This document shows, one piece after another, positions 51,611 to 64,000 of a stretch of 64,000 bases of DNA. This stretch comes from Octopus sinensis. Taxonomy: Eukaryota. The notes beneath the pieces were generated by a model. The model worked only from the letters and a program-made list of their open reading frames with translations, made no database searches and was not told the DNA's origin. The stretch's first letter is position 1; each line of letters starts with the position of its first letter. The DNA lies in assembly GCF_006345805.1 (NCBI RefSeq), contig NC_043001.1:32054001-32118000 (forward strand). The letters are read 5' to 3'. The position numbers and the translations under genes are program-made.

Positions 51611-51665
<55 letters not shown>

Positions 51666-51715
51666 TAATAATACTAATACTAATAATAATAATAATAATA
51701 ATAATGATGATAATG

Positions 51716-51754
<39 letters not shown>

Positions 51755-51887
51755 GTAGTAATAATAAAAATAACAACAATAATAATAATAACAACAACAG
51801 CAACCACAACAACAATACTACTACTATTACTACTACTACTAACAACACCAACGAGGACAACAACAACAACAACAACAACAATAATAT
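51240..51887. repeat. Large degenerate (AAT)n array
   Basis: Direct inspection. Confidence 0.97.
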
Positions 51888-52400
51888 AAATAGACAGTAT
51901 GTGGACTTACAAGAGAGAGCTTGATATCAGATTCAGTTTAGAAAAATGCTGCAAGGCAACCTTGAAGAGAGGAAACTTAATTAAGAACACTAATGTCATA
52001 TTAGATAAAGAAACAGAGATTAGAGAATTAGACCAAACACAGACATACAAATACTTAGAAATTAATGAACTAGACATAATACAACACACACAAATGACAG
52101 AAAAGTTTAGGAAAGAATAGGAATATTATAGATACATTAGATTAATATTTAAAACAGAGCTAAATGCAAAAGTAAGCTAATAGGCGACAATACTTCAGCC
52201 GTCCCAGTCATAAGCACAGTTACTATATTCTGAATAACTAGACAGGAAAAAACAAAATACAAATAGAATATCACCCAGAATGCTACAAAGAATGAATTTA
52301 CTATGAATACAGGGAGGAGGTAGACTTATGTAACTTGAAAAATACTGTAGAATATCCAGTGTAAGACTACTGAAATACCTGGGGATGGACAATGAAAAAC
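51888..52400 (+). mobile_element. Decayed R4/Dong RT fragment
   Basis: IRFSLEKCCKATLKRG..IRELDQTQTYKYL; follows the (AAT)n array. Confidence 0.75.
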
Positions 52401-52444
52401 TAATGGTAAGAGGCAGTAAACGGAAATAATAACTGATTTTTGCT

Positions 52445-52685
52445 ATTGAAGGAAACCTATTTCTTTACTACTTACAAGGGGCTAAACGCAGAGGGGACAA
52501 ACAAGGACAGACAAACGGATTAAGTCGATTATATCGACCCCAGTGTGTAACTGGTACTTATTTTACTCGGCCCCGAAAGAATGAAAGGCAAAGTCGACCT
52601 CGGCGGAATTTGAACTCAGAACGTAGCGGCAGACGAAATACGACTACGCATTTCGCCCAGCGTGCTAACGTTTCTGCCAGCTCGA
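52445..52685 (-). mobile_element. SINE family B, single unit plus head
   Basis: caaggggctaaacgcagaggggacaaacaaggacagac...gtgctaacgtttctgccagctcg. Confidence 0.9.
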
Positions 52686-54276
52686 AACCAACATGTGATA
52701 TATAAAGAGCTGAAGTAACGAAAATGCTGTGAGAGATGGGGTTGATGAGGAATCTGAAAAAATAACAGAAATTGTGAAAAACCTAAAAACTATGGTTAAA
52801 ATGGGGTTATAAACTGTAATGTTAAGACAATAGAATGGAATATCCTTATCTAGTCGATACGTGAAAAAAAAAAAATAATAAAAATAAACAGGGATGAAAT
52901 AGATAACGAAAAAATCGAAAAATCGAAAATCTAGTCGAGAAGCAATGAACACAAAACTGTGGCTGTAGGATGTTTATTACTGCATAAGATTAAAACTGTC
53001 CTATCACAAACCTCGAATGACATTACGAAACAGAATGCATTAAGTAATTGCACAGTATGAAACAGTAAGAAACAAACACGTTGTTTCTCTATGCTCAGTC
53101 ATATTCAAAAGTACATCGGTGGATATGACAGACTTTAGACATTCAAACAAACTTGAAGGCTTTGATTATGTTTAGAGCGACTACATTGTTTCACCGAACT
53201 TCTCCAAAGCGAGAGACGCTGGTCGTACATGGGGTCGCTGAGATGATAAAGAGATTCGATGTGTTGGAAAATATCCTTATTAATGGTTGTATCCATTAAG
53301 TTAGGGATGTTAGAAATGGGGATAATTGGGTCATTACTGACTGGCTGAGAGGGGCTTCTTGAAGATGTAGTAAGAGTTCTGAGAGTGATATAGAGGTAAT
53401 GCATGTATTTGAAATATTGAAAAATTTGTTTTAATGGCTTTATCAGAAGGGAATGAGCAGTGCACATGTCTTATATTCAAGGTGTCCAAGACAGCCAGTG
53501 TAAACAGTATGATCTGGAGCCGTGAGCTCTGCTAGGGGATATCAAGGATCAAATTGTAAATTTAAACTAAGTGGCCATGCAGTCTACTCCCCCACTACAC
53601 AGTACCTATATTGTGCTGCTCTTATAGTGTACTACGTCCTTTCCGTTAATGCTTTTCGGTTACTACGTAAGTGATGTAAATATCATAAGGTCACTATATC
53701 CCATAAATATAGTTTTTAATAGCGAATAAGCAGAGGAGAATATTGGTATTACCAGTTTATGTAAGAAATGGATTCAGTTCCTTGGACTGACATTCAATAG
53801 CATCGTAGCTACTTCGGTTATGGATAACAGGGAACTGAGATTAAAATTCGGATCACACATCAAGGAAATTAAATTCTTACTGTGAGACATTTTAAGTCGC
53901 ACATAGCAACAATTTCCAGAAGTAATATTCTTACAAATTATAAATAATGATTTTCAGGAAACAAAATTAACAGCAAATTCTAATAATTATATCAAAATAT
54001 TTTAGATGTTATTTATAAAATTTAAGTATCATGTTACGCCAGCATAATATTGGTTTTAAGTTGTGCTACAAGGCCAGAAATTTCAGTGGAGAGGATAAGT
54101 CAGTTACATCGATTTACCACACTGCTCAACTGGTACTTACTTTATCGACCACGAAAGGATGAAAGACAAAGTCGACCTAGGTGGAACTTGAACCCAGAAC
54201 GTAAAGGCGGACGAACTGCCGTTAAGCATTTTGCCCGGCGTGCTAACAAATCTGCCAGCTCGCCACCTTAATAATA

Positions 54277-54358
<82 letters not shown>

Positions 54359-54365
54359 GATAATG

Positions 54366-54420
<55 letters not shown>

Positions 54421-54427
54421 TAATAAT

Positions 54428-54787
54428 ATCTCTGATCACGAGCAGAAGTAGTGGGGGAGCATCATAGCCATGTGTTGAGAGGAATTCTTTGGGATTTAGA
54501 TAATTCACCTTTGGAAACATGGGTGCTTAGTTCAACATCCTTTAACAGCCCTTATTCAAGGACCTTTTGAGCAGGATGGGCTACTCGACCAGAAGAAAAT
54601 TCTAACTGGGCCCCACCTGCAAGGTCATGTGCTGTTTATCTTGATATGAGATCACGATGTCGCGCACATTTGGTTGTGATGCATGTGCCTGGTGTACCCA
54701 TATCAGACGGGTAGTCATAATGGGTATACTGGGCTTCGTATATTTAAACCCAGTGTCACTTTGATGGCATGCACTGCTCTCTCACTC
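54428..54787 (+). mobile_element. Element D, 5'-truncated
   Basis: atctctgatcacgagcagaag...ctctctcactc(aat)n. Confidence 0.9.
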
Positions 54788-54844
54788 AATAATAATAATA
54801 ATAATGATAATAATAATAATAATAATAATAATGATGATGATAAA

Positions 54845-54887
<43 letters not shown>

Positions 54888-54894
54888 TAATAAC

Positions 54895-54945
<51 letters not shown>

Positions 54946-54947
<2 letters not shown>

Positions 54948-56385
54948 GCTATAAATTCCTTAGCAGTTCCTGCTGTAATTTACTGTTTCATTGTGTTGAA
55001 CTGAGATATGAGCGAAATAAGGAAGATTAACAGGAAAATCCGTAAGCTGCTCACTTACAAAAGGATGCACCGCCCAAAGCCTGACGCAGATAGTCTTTAC
55101 CTACCCAGACCTCAAGGAGGTCGAGGCTTGATCCAATTTGAAATCTCCTATATAACCACCACAATTGGACTGGAAAAATATCTTGAAACATCTAACGACT
55201 GGATGTTAAAGCTCGTTGAAAACCATGAAAGACGTAAGAAATTACATTCTGTTATGAAGATGAGCAAAAAATTTTCAAATGGGTTTATGTATAATACCCA
55301 GGTTGAACAGCATAAAAGAAGTGCATCAACTATAGCTGTAAATAATGTGAAATCAATAGCGAAGTAAAATGCGTTTGAACAATTGGCTGATGGGTGGGAA
55401 TAAAAAACCTCTGCATGCCAAATATGTGGCCCGTAGCAAAGAAGCTGATGTAGACCAGAAGCACAACCATCAGTGGCTACGGAACTCGGGGCTAAAAGCA
55501 GAGAGTGAAAACTTGATCTTGGCTGCCCAAGATCAGAGATTATTGACCTGGAACTATCAAGCTAACGTGGTGAAAAATGATATAGATCCAAAGGGCCAAT
55601 ATTGCAACGAGGGAATAGAAACAGTGGACCACCTAATCTCTGGATGTAAGATTTTAGCACTGTAGAGTACAGATCAAAACATGACAGAGTTGGCCAATAT
55701 CTACAATGGATATTGTGTCGGCATTATAAAATCAAAACTGCTGGCAAATGGTACAGGCACCACCCTGAGGCTGTAACTGGGGGAGAAAATGTAACTATTC
55801 TTTGGGACTTCCCAGTATGTATAGATCGAACCATCAAAGCTAATAAATCAGATATTGTTTGAAAAACAAAAGCAATAAAGTATGTTTATTGATTGACATG
55901 AGAATACCATGTGACCATAATATCTCAGCAAAAGAATTTGATAAGTTCAGAAAATATAAAGATGTGCTAATCGACATCGAAAATATGTGGCATTTCAACA
56001 CGATTACAATACCTGTGATTGTAGGCGCACTTGGAATGATAAAAAAAAAGAACTTAAAATTATTTAAGAATGATCCCTGGCTTACCATCCATACAGGAAG
56101 TGCAAAAAATTGTCTTAACTGGTACGTCACACGTATTGAGAAGAGCATTGTCGCTGTAAATGTTCTTTCCTTTTCTCCACTTTATTTTATTTGTTTACTT
56201 TTCTCTTTTGTATTTTTCCCTTTTTCTCTCTGTCTTCACCCTTTTCTCTGTCACATGACTCTGCATATGAACAATCTGGTGTGCTTGTTTTAATGGCCTA
56301 TCGATGTATACACTACGTTTCTCTGCCCTAGGTGCCAGGAAGACACACCGCAAGAAATGGAAACAGAATTGAAAGATGATGCTAA
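54946..56385 (+). mobile_element. R4/Dong fragment (post-RT region, zinc finger, RLE, 3' UTR)
   Basis: AINSLAVP, RKIRKLLT, LYLPRPQGGRGL, WLRNSGLKAESENLILAAQDQ, ETVDHLISGC, ILWDF, LLIDMRIPCD, IPVIVGALG. Confidence 0.93.
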
Positions 56386-56416
56386 TGAAAATGATGATGA
56401 TGATGATAATAATAAC

Positions 56417-56451
<35 letters not shown>

Positions 56452-56453
<2 letters not shown>

Positions 56454-57016
56454 GTGTGCCACAACAATATAACTAGAATGATCCATCGGGAGCTCTGTGA
56501 AAATCACGGCCCATAAAGAGCAAAGACGTGGTATGAGAAAACCTCAGAAGGAATCGCCGATAGTAAAAATTGCAAGATCCTGTGGGATGCAATGATTCAG
56601 TGCATTCACCTTACCAGACACAGGAAAGCGGGCATTGTGGTGGTGAATAAAAAAAAGAAAGAACATGCATGGTAATCGACATATCATGCCCTTGTGACAA
56701 CAGAATCAACGAAAAAGAAGAAAAAATAAACAACTATGGCGATTTGAAGTGGGAAATACGACGGTTGTGGTCAGTGAGTGGATTAGTCTTGATATCAGTA
56801 GTAATTGGTGTATTTGGAAGTATTAGCACTCAACAATCTGTTGAACATTGGTGAAAGTGTAGAACACCTACAAAAAGCAGCATTGCTAAGAACTGCAAGA
56901 ACTCTTCGCAAGGTCCTTGAAACATGATCAGTAAACAAGTGACACCTTAGTTTGCTGACTGTAGACAGCTGACTTTTTTCCATCATACCCAACGAAATAA
57001 TAAGAATTTTCATCAC

Positions 57017-57018
<2 letters not shown>
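56452..57018 (+). mobile_element. R4/Dong 3' fragment, another subfamily
   Basis: ILWDAMIQC, VIDISCPCDNRINEKE..YGDLKWEIRRLW, LQKAALLRTARTLRKVLET*. Confidence 0.9.
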
Positions 57019-57067
<49 letters not shown>

Positions 57068-57071
<4 letters not shown>

Positions 57072-57480
57072 TGATGTAAGTGTTCCCACTGATAAAAATA
57101 TGCCTGTCAAGGAATTTCACAAACTAAGTAAATATAAGGACCTGGAAATTGAAATACAAAAGATGTGACATATTAAATTAAGAACTATTCCTGCTAATGT
57201 AGGAGCCCTAGGTATGTTAAAAAAAAGGGATGTCAGAAACATCTAGATAAGATCCCAGGAGACCCATGTCTCAGAGAAATCCAAAAGATTGTACTGACAA
57301 GTACTGCCCACATCCCTAGAAAAATCCTATCCACTTAAATGTCTTTGTTGTATTACATGAAAATATTTCACTACCTCTCCTCCCCAAGCTTTCAGTCATA
57401 TTGTAACATCTCTTATCCTTCACTCGTCCCAGGACGCTGGATGTGTCTCAGCAAGTGACTGTAACAAAGATGCGGATTAA
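57068..57480 (+). mobile_element. R4/Dong 3' fragment, another subfamily
   Basis: DVSVPTDKN..KEFHKLSKYKDLEIEI, VGALG, EIQKIVLTSTAHILRKILST*. Confidence 0.9.
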
Positions 57481-59454
57481 TAATAAAAATACGTGCATAT
57501 CCATTGACATTCAGACACTCAACTTTGACATGGTAAATTTTAAGACTGTGTACAACCTCTTGTTACAAAAGACCCCAGGTGTTTTAAAGTGTTCCTCGAG
57601 CTACAAGTCGTTTAGTACGCAATTCATCTCCAGGGTGCATATATGACAAGAGTAGAAGACTACCACCTGGATAGGACAACATCCCTCCATATGTTTCTCT
57701 CTCTGGTATTACTTGTACAAATTTCACTTGTGTAGACTGTCGCAAATTGAAATATATAGGTTTGTGCCAGCTCATGAGAAAAACTGAACTCGCAAACTAA
57801 GGATCAAGAGTCAAATACCACCTCAATCACACGCATTCACATCGTAGGATATAGTAGTGGTGTTTATTAAACATATTCTTGTGCTGCATTTATGAAAGCT
57901 AATTCGTAGTATTGTCAAGATGTTTCTCAATTATGCGTGTTGTTTTAGTATTTGCTTACTTATAGTTACAAGAATGTATTTTAGTTTTTAAATTTTCTAA
58001 TCTACGCCGAAGTCTAGCATATGATTAGTTTTATTGTAATTTTCATTGTGCTGCAGTATTTCCCTCTAAATAATTTCATGAATTTTACGCTGATTATTCG
58101 TTTGGTTTTTGCAGTAAACTATATCTTTTGCTTGTTTCATTTGTGTTGATGTTACTGGTCTTCGCTTTTTTTTTCAAGAAGATATTAAATATCTTTTATC
58201 TTATATCTTCCGATATTTTGTTGCCATAGTACTACAAATAGACGCAAAAGCTGATGTACATTCGAATAAAGGAGATAAAGACTAATATACGAGGGTAATA
58301 TAATACTTGAGAATGGGCGTCGGACACTCAAAATGTAGACTTTTCGTAAAACTCTTGCACAGTTTTAGTGGCATAATAACAAACAAAACGTGCTAAATTA
58401 GATAGTATATTTAAAGAAGCATTTAGCTACAGTCATACTGTTGCAGTTGTACATATATATGACAAATTAATTACTAGTTATACAATTAATTTTTGATTAG
58501 TAGCCAGTCATTTGTCTTATAAAATACCTCTGCCAAAGCACGATAAGAAACTTAATCATAAGCTAGATTTTTGTGTTAGATTAGAAAATTTACAAACCAA
58601 AATACATTCTTATAACTACAAGTATATGAATACTAGAAATCGAAGCATATTTGAGAGACAACTCAAGAAAACTATGAATTAGCTTACATACATGCAGTAA
58701 TAGAATGAGTGTAACGAACACTATAGTGAGGCATGTGGTTGAAGTGTTTGATTTATGATCATTAGTTTGGGAGTTCAAATCTCTGATGGGGATGGCACGT
58801 CGTGTTCTTGGAGAAAGCAATTTACTTAATTTCCCCAGTTCTGCACAAATAAAATCAGCAATTCCAGGGCGGGAAATAATTCGATCACATCGACCCCAGT
58901 GTTCAATTGGTACTTATGTTAAAAGCAAAGTAATGTAGAGTTTTGTGAGGTTGCCCCATCAACAGCTTTATAACACCATTGTTTATGCTGTGTCAGGTTG
59001 CGCAATCCTGGAGTTACATCGTTAGCCTTTTATGATATTACGTGTTGAGCATAGTTTCCACCTGTATTCAGGTATTTCGTTCAGCGTTTTGATGGAATGT
59101 CTCTTTCCTCTCGACTTTACTCCATATGAAATGCTTCCACATATACAGAGAAAACAAATAACAAATCTATCGTCCAAATTTCTGACTTTGTTTTATACTT
59201 ATATTTGAAGCATTCATTGTAGCTTTCTGTCTGTTCAGCCTTTCCTTCGAGAAAACTTATCTCATCATATTCTTCAGTGTGAAACTAACTTGAGTCCTGT
59301 TATTTCTTTCTCAATGCTTGTCATTTTCTTCATCGTAAAGATTCTGTTCAGCATGGACAGCATAAATGGTCTTAGTGGTTATATTTACATTTAAAATCAC
59401 CCGAGGATTCTTCCATTTGTTCCCTTTCGGCTCTTCTACATTATAAATAATTGC

Positions 59455-59690
59455 GCCCTTTTAAAGCTTAGCCAGGCTCATGGACCCGGTTTCCCGGTTT
59501 CAATGGCGTATGTGTTCCCCAGCTGGACGGGACGCCAGTCCATCGCAGTGTTACTCATTTTTGCCAGCTGAGTGGACTGGAGCAACCTGAAATGAAGTGT
59601 TTTGCTCGAGAACACAACGCGTCGCCCCGTCCAGCAATCGAAACCACAACCTTACGATCATGATGCTGACACCCTAACAACAAATCCACG
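59455..59690 (-). mobile_element. SINE family C variant
   Basis: Reverse complement of the 9003-9235 type. Confidence 0.85.
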
Positions 59691-59949
59691 TTACTCCACT
59701 CTTCTACATTATACAGCTCACTTTCCTTTCTTTCATAACTCACGTTCTTCTAAGACTGCACACATACTGATATTGCTTCCGACGAAATTTACAGGGTGTT
59801 TCTTGTTTTTCAACATATATATCATTAGACTTTGGTAATTTCTTAACTGACCCGATCCTCTAGTTGTTATCCAGTTCCTGCTAAACACGATCCTCTCATA
59901 CTTGAGTTTTGCTTGGTTTTGATCCTAGAATTTCTTCTCTCGCCTTTAA

Positions 59950-60860
59950 TGTACCACTTATCAACTCTAGTCACTTTATAATTGATCCCACCTCTTAATC
60001 CTTCTAGCATTAACCTTCCATTCACTCATAGCTTTTATAAATATCAAGGTAACTGGGATTCCTTTCGAGAATTTATCCGTGATACTTCGTGGGATGATTT
60101 CTTTTTTTCCTTCATGCTAATTTTTGCGCTCCTGAAGTACTATCTTAGATCCAGGATGATACTTCGGCTTTCATTCTTTATCGGCGATACCTATTTAAGC
60201 ATTATTCTTCTCTGAAGTATTTCTCCAGCTTGCGACTCATTATTCTTACGAACATCTTTGTCTTTACTATCGACAGAGCTGTTTCGGCGATAAACGTATT
60301 TTTTCATTGATTAGCAAGCGCTGCAAGAAGATACCTCCGAACGCAGAATCTCCATATACAGCGCTAATGTACCAACCGCAACAATTATTGCTTAGAACCG
60401 GACTCTCAGGAGGTTATGAAACTACTTGGTTAGTTATTTTCTAATTTCTAATCGTGATGCGTTTGATCATATCCTTCTAGAATTTTGTTCTCCATGTGAT
60501 GATCCTTTATCTGACTTGCGTATACCTTATGAATGCTTGGAGAAAATAACTTCCTGTCTCGATATTTATACGGTTTCTAGTCCAGATCACATTCCTGTCA
60601 ACGTTTGCAAAAACGCTCTTCTAAACTTTTTTATATTGCATCTAAATCCATCAATAAAAGTTTATCTGTTTATCTGCATCGTTCGTTCTAGCCTGTTGAA
60701 AAGCGACTTTTGTTATCTCTCTATTCAAATATCGAATTTTGTCACATTTGGGTTGGACCCCCTGTTGGTATCCTTTCTCATCTTGAATGAATTCAAAAGC
60801 AAGTTTCAAATATTGTTGGTCACATGTTTGCACCTAAACTGCAAGCCCCTGTCTATTGTA
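59950..60860 (+). mobile_element. Highly decayed CR1/L2/Jockey-like LINE remnant
   Basis: GNWDSFREFIRDTSWD and SSPDHIPVNV resemble the endonuclease-RT linker; otherwise eroded. Confidence 0.45.
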
Positions 60861-61799
60861 ACATTGCTTTTAATCTCTGTTCTATAAATATTTCGACGGT
60901 CGTTGTTCTGCCTTATTTTCTTTTCTAGAGCGTCCTCATAAAACTAGTAATTGAGTGACATGCCTTTCTGCCAATTCTCATCCTTTGGACATTCTTGTCC
61001 TCTTCCGTAAGAACTCTTTTTACTCTTGTAGTTTATTTCATCTACTATCCCATGGAGCGTTCACGTCGATCCCCAAATAAATAAAGTCTTGATTCTTTTA
61101 AACCTGAAATCAATCGTTTTACGAGGGCAGTATCTCATTATATTTTCTTTATGAGGATAGTCCCTCATTACATAGTTTCTCTGTTAATCTCTGCGTATTC
61201 AAGTGATTATTTGAGGTTTGTTACATTACTGGTTACTTGCCAACTTGTAGGGGAGCATCTTCCAATAAAACGTCTCTCTTTCTGCTACCCTCTCTATCTA
61301 TATGTATGTATGTATGTCCATCCATATATAATATACGCATAAATGATTTAGCATACATTGATATAAACACAACCGTTATTCATATTTCATTGAGTTTGGA
61401 CTGAAAAATGTTTGTTTTACACTTAAGAAAAACATTTAGTTTTTACTTGTGGAAGCGTTAGATTTTTTTTTTCATTTTGAAATAATAAACATCATAGGAA
61501 ATTATTATTGAGTACATTGAAATTGTTTATATAAATACAATATACTTATTCCATTATATTAAATTTGAAGATTTCATTCAATGAAGAGCTCCAAGAGAAA
61601 AAGATTACTTCTTGTCTTGGTTCAGTATATAATAAATGTGTAGCAAAATAATAACCTGTTTGGAAAATAATTTCCAGCGCCATAGTGTTATCTGATTAGT
61701 TTTAACTCATTACTTTGCATCATTTCATTTACCCATGGGGAAGATTTTTCTCTTCATCAAACAAGAAGGGTCTATGTTTTCACGATTCAGCGAGTTGCT

Positions 61800-62109
61800 T
61801 TCTTTTTATTTGTTTCAGTCATTTGACTGTGGCCGTGCTGCAGCACCGCCTTGAAGGATTTTAGTCGAACAAATCGATTCCAGGACTTATTTCTTTATTT
61901 AAAAGCCTAGTGCTTATTCTATTGGTCTCTTTGGCCGAACCACTAAATTACGGGGACGCACACACACACACACACACACCAATACCGGTTGTAACATACA
62001 CACACATATGCGCGCGCATACATACATAATACTACATAATACATACATACATACATAATACATACATATATATACATACACACACACATACACACATAGA
62101 CACACACAA

Positions 62110-62167
<58 letters not shown>

Positions 62168-62275
62168 ACGACGGGTTTCTTTCAGGTTTCGTCTACCAAA
62201 TCCACTAAGAGGGCTTTGGTACCCGGAACCATGTGGTTGTGAAGCAAGTGTCTTAATATGCAGTTACACCACACC
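61800..62275 (-). mobile_element. SINE family A
   Basis: Both halves around a long (CA)/(TA) tract. Confidence 0.85.
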
Positions 62276-62627
62276 TGCTTTATTTAATTGCCTTTCATAC
62301 ATTGTAACACGAAAAATTATTCCATTCATCTCTTGGTCAATAATATTGGTCTCTAAAGACAATAGAGCATAGGGTGATCGCTACAAAATCATCACTACGA
62401 GTATGAATTCTCGCTCCTTACTACTAAAAGTTCTTCCGATTCCTTCTGTTAGTCGTTACTCAAAGAAAACTTAAATCAATTCAGTATTTCTGCAGCCATA
62501 AAGACTGTTGATTTCAAGGGGACTGTTGATATTTTCTTGATTTCGTATGTAAGTTCTCAGCAGAAGACCAAGTCCTCTATTTAGAAGGCAATGCTATATT
62601 TCTATAGCACGTCGTCTTCAAACGTAA

Positions 62628-62666
<39 letters not shown>

Positions 62667-62799
62667 GAGGTAGATAGACAGATAGAGAGATAGAGGGGGA
62701 AGGGATACATAGAGAGATAGAGAGTCGTGATGGAAATCTAAAGAAAATTTTAAAGAAAGACCCTACAAGACCAGATTGAGTTCGATACAACAACCCAAC

Positions 62800-63540
62800 T
62801 AACAATCATGGGATAGGTTAAGAAAAAGAGGTCTGAAACGGAAAACTGAAGGCTTGCTACATGCAGCTCACAAACAACACCTAAATAAAACTCTGTGAAG
62901 AAAAGTTATTTAGTGGGGAAGGAAGTTGAAACTGTGATCTGAAAAAATGCCTTCACAGAGAGACTATAAAATACATCATGATAAAAGTCTGCTTACATCT
63001 GTATTGGTACTTACCAAAAACTTATAGATTCGAGTTAGATCAGAAATAATTCCAAGACATAGACAAAATCCAAAACAATGTAGGTGTCTTCAAACAAAAA
63101 TGGATTTCCTCCTATTAAGCCTACTTCACGGCAGGAAAAAAACCGAGGGCAGCAGGATCAAAATCCCTCATTCCCCAAATGCGACTTATCACAGGAAGTT
63201 TTAAATAATTGTGTAGCACAGCCAACAGTGGTGCCCCAGCATGACTGCAGCTTTGAATCTGAAGCAATTAAAGAATTAAAGAAAATGAAATAAAAGAGAG
63301 TAATAGAAAACATTGGAACACTGTGATAGAGAAAGAGATAGGGAAATGTAACATAGAATGCAAGCATCCCAGAGGATCACATTATTGTTTGGAGAAGCAG
63401 AAGAAAATGAATAAATATTCAGAGCTCCATTTGGAAATCTCAGGTGTCTAGAACACACAAACTAAAGATGACTCCATTCCTAAGCAGTTTGCCACACACA
63501 TTAACGTGGCAAAGATAATGTCCAACAATCAGTACTATTT
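62800..63540 (+). mobile_element. Very decayed R4/Dong C-terminal remnant
   Basis: WDRLRKRGLKRKTEGLLHAA; later attggagctccatttggaaat and gtactatttggaact resemble the GALG and VLLGT regions. Confidence 0.55.
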
Positions 63541-64000
63541 GGAACTACAGACATTCGAAGGCAAGATATTCTTTATCCGAGAGCAAAAGACTAATTGAAA
63601 AGTACCTACAATATATCGGTTAAGAAACTGCTGAAAGAAGGTAATAACAAAAATATGAACACCACCACCACAACAAACACCAATAATCTTATAATAATAC
63701 AACTAGCCGTTCCGTTACTTAGCCCGCTGGTAACGCTTTCACGTGATTAGAGAAAAAGATGGATAAAGAAATGAGGGAGAGAGAAGCGTCCATGAAGTGA
63801 GGTAGAGGGAATGCAATTGTAACGCTTTCACATGATTAGTTGAAGGGAAAAAGAGGAGAAAGAAAAAGAGGACAAGGGGAAGAGTGAGACAGAAAGAGTG
63901 AAAGAGAAAAGTCCATGACGTGAGGTTTGAGGAACGTAATATTTATTACGTGGTTAAAAAAGTTAGTTGAAGGTAGTGATGACAGAAGAGGAGAGTTAAG

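Noticed and set aside
58930-59420. Possible RTE remnant; likewise a possible L2 remnant at 53135-53467
   Set aside because: Too eroded for motif-level support

Overview
Repeat-dense, AT-rich eukaryotic DNA with no host protein-coding exon I can support, so it reads as intergenic or deep intronic. The SINE, LINE and microsatellite set matches what I recall from octopus (coleoid cephalopod) genomes; this is recognition from memory, not a database result. Almost all ORF-track entries are microsatellite translations. Content: two decayed Tc1 transposons (one IR/DR-type with DD34E spacing nested in a SINE, one with DD36E spacing); one 5'-truncated CR1/L2-type LINE with a (TAAC)n tail; about ten R4/Dong-type LINE fragments, most sitting in (AAT)n arrays; four copies of a non-coding (AAT)n-flanked element; two Tx1/L1-type 3' fragments abutting (TATC)n; an orphan zinc-knuckle ORF1; three tRNA-SINE families; several fold-back elements; and a 100-N gap. 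Most notable are two distinct, core-intact type I hammerhead ribozyme motifs read by eye: 17998-18081 (+), and 45074-45179 (-) repeated at 45854-45960. Both lie in elements with long inverted repeats, and both loci carry a shared ~75-bp segment, suggesting a Penelope-pLTR/retrozyme-like non-coding retroelement family.
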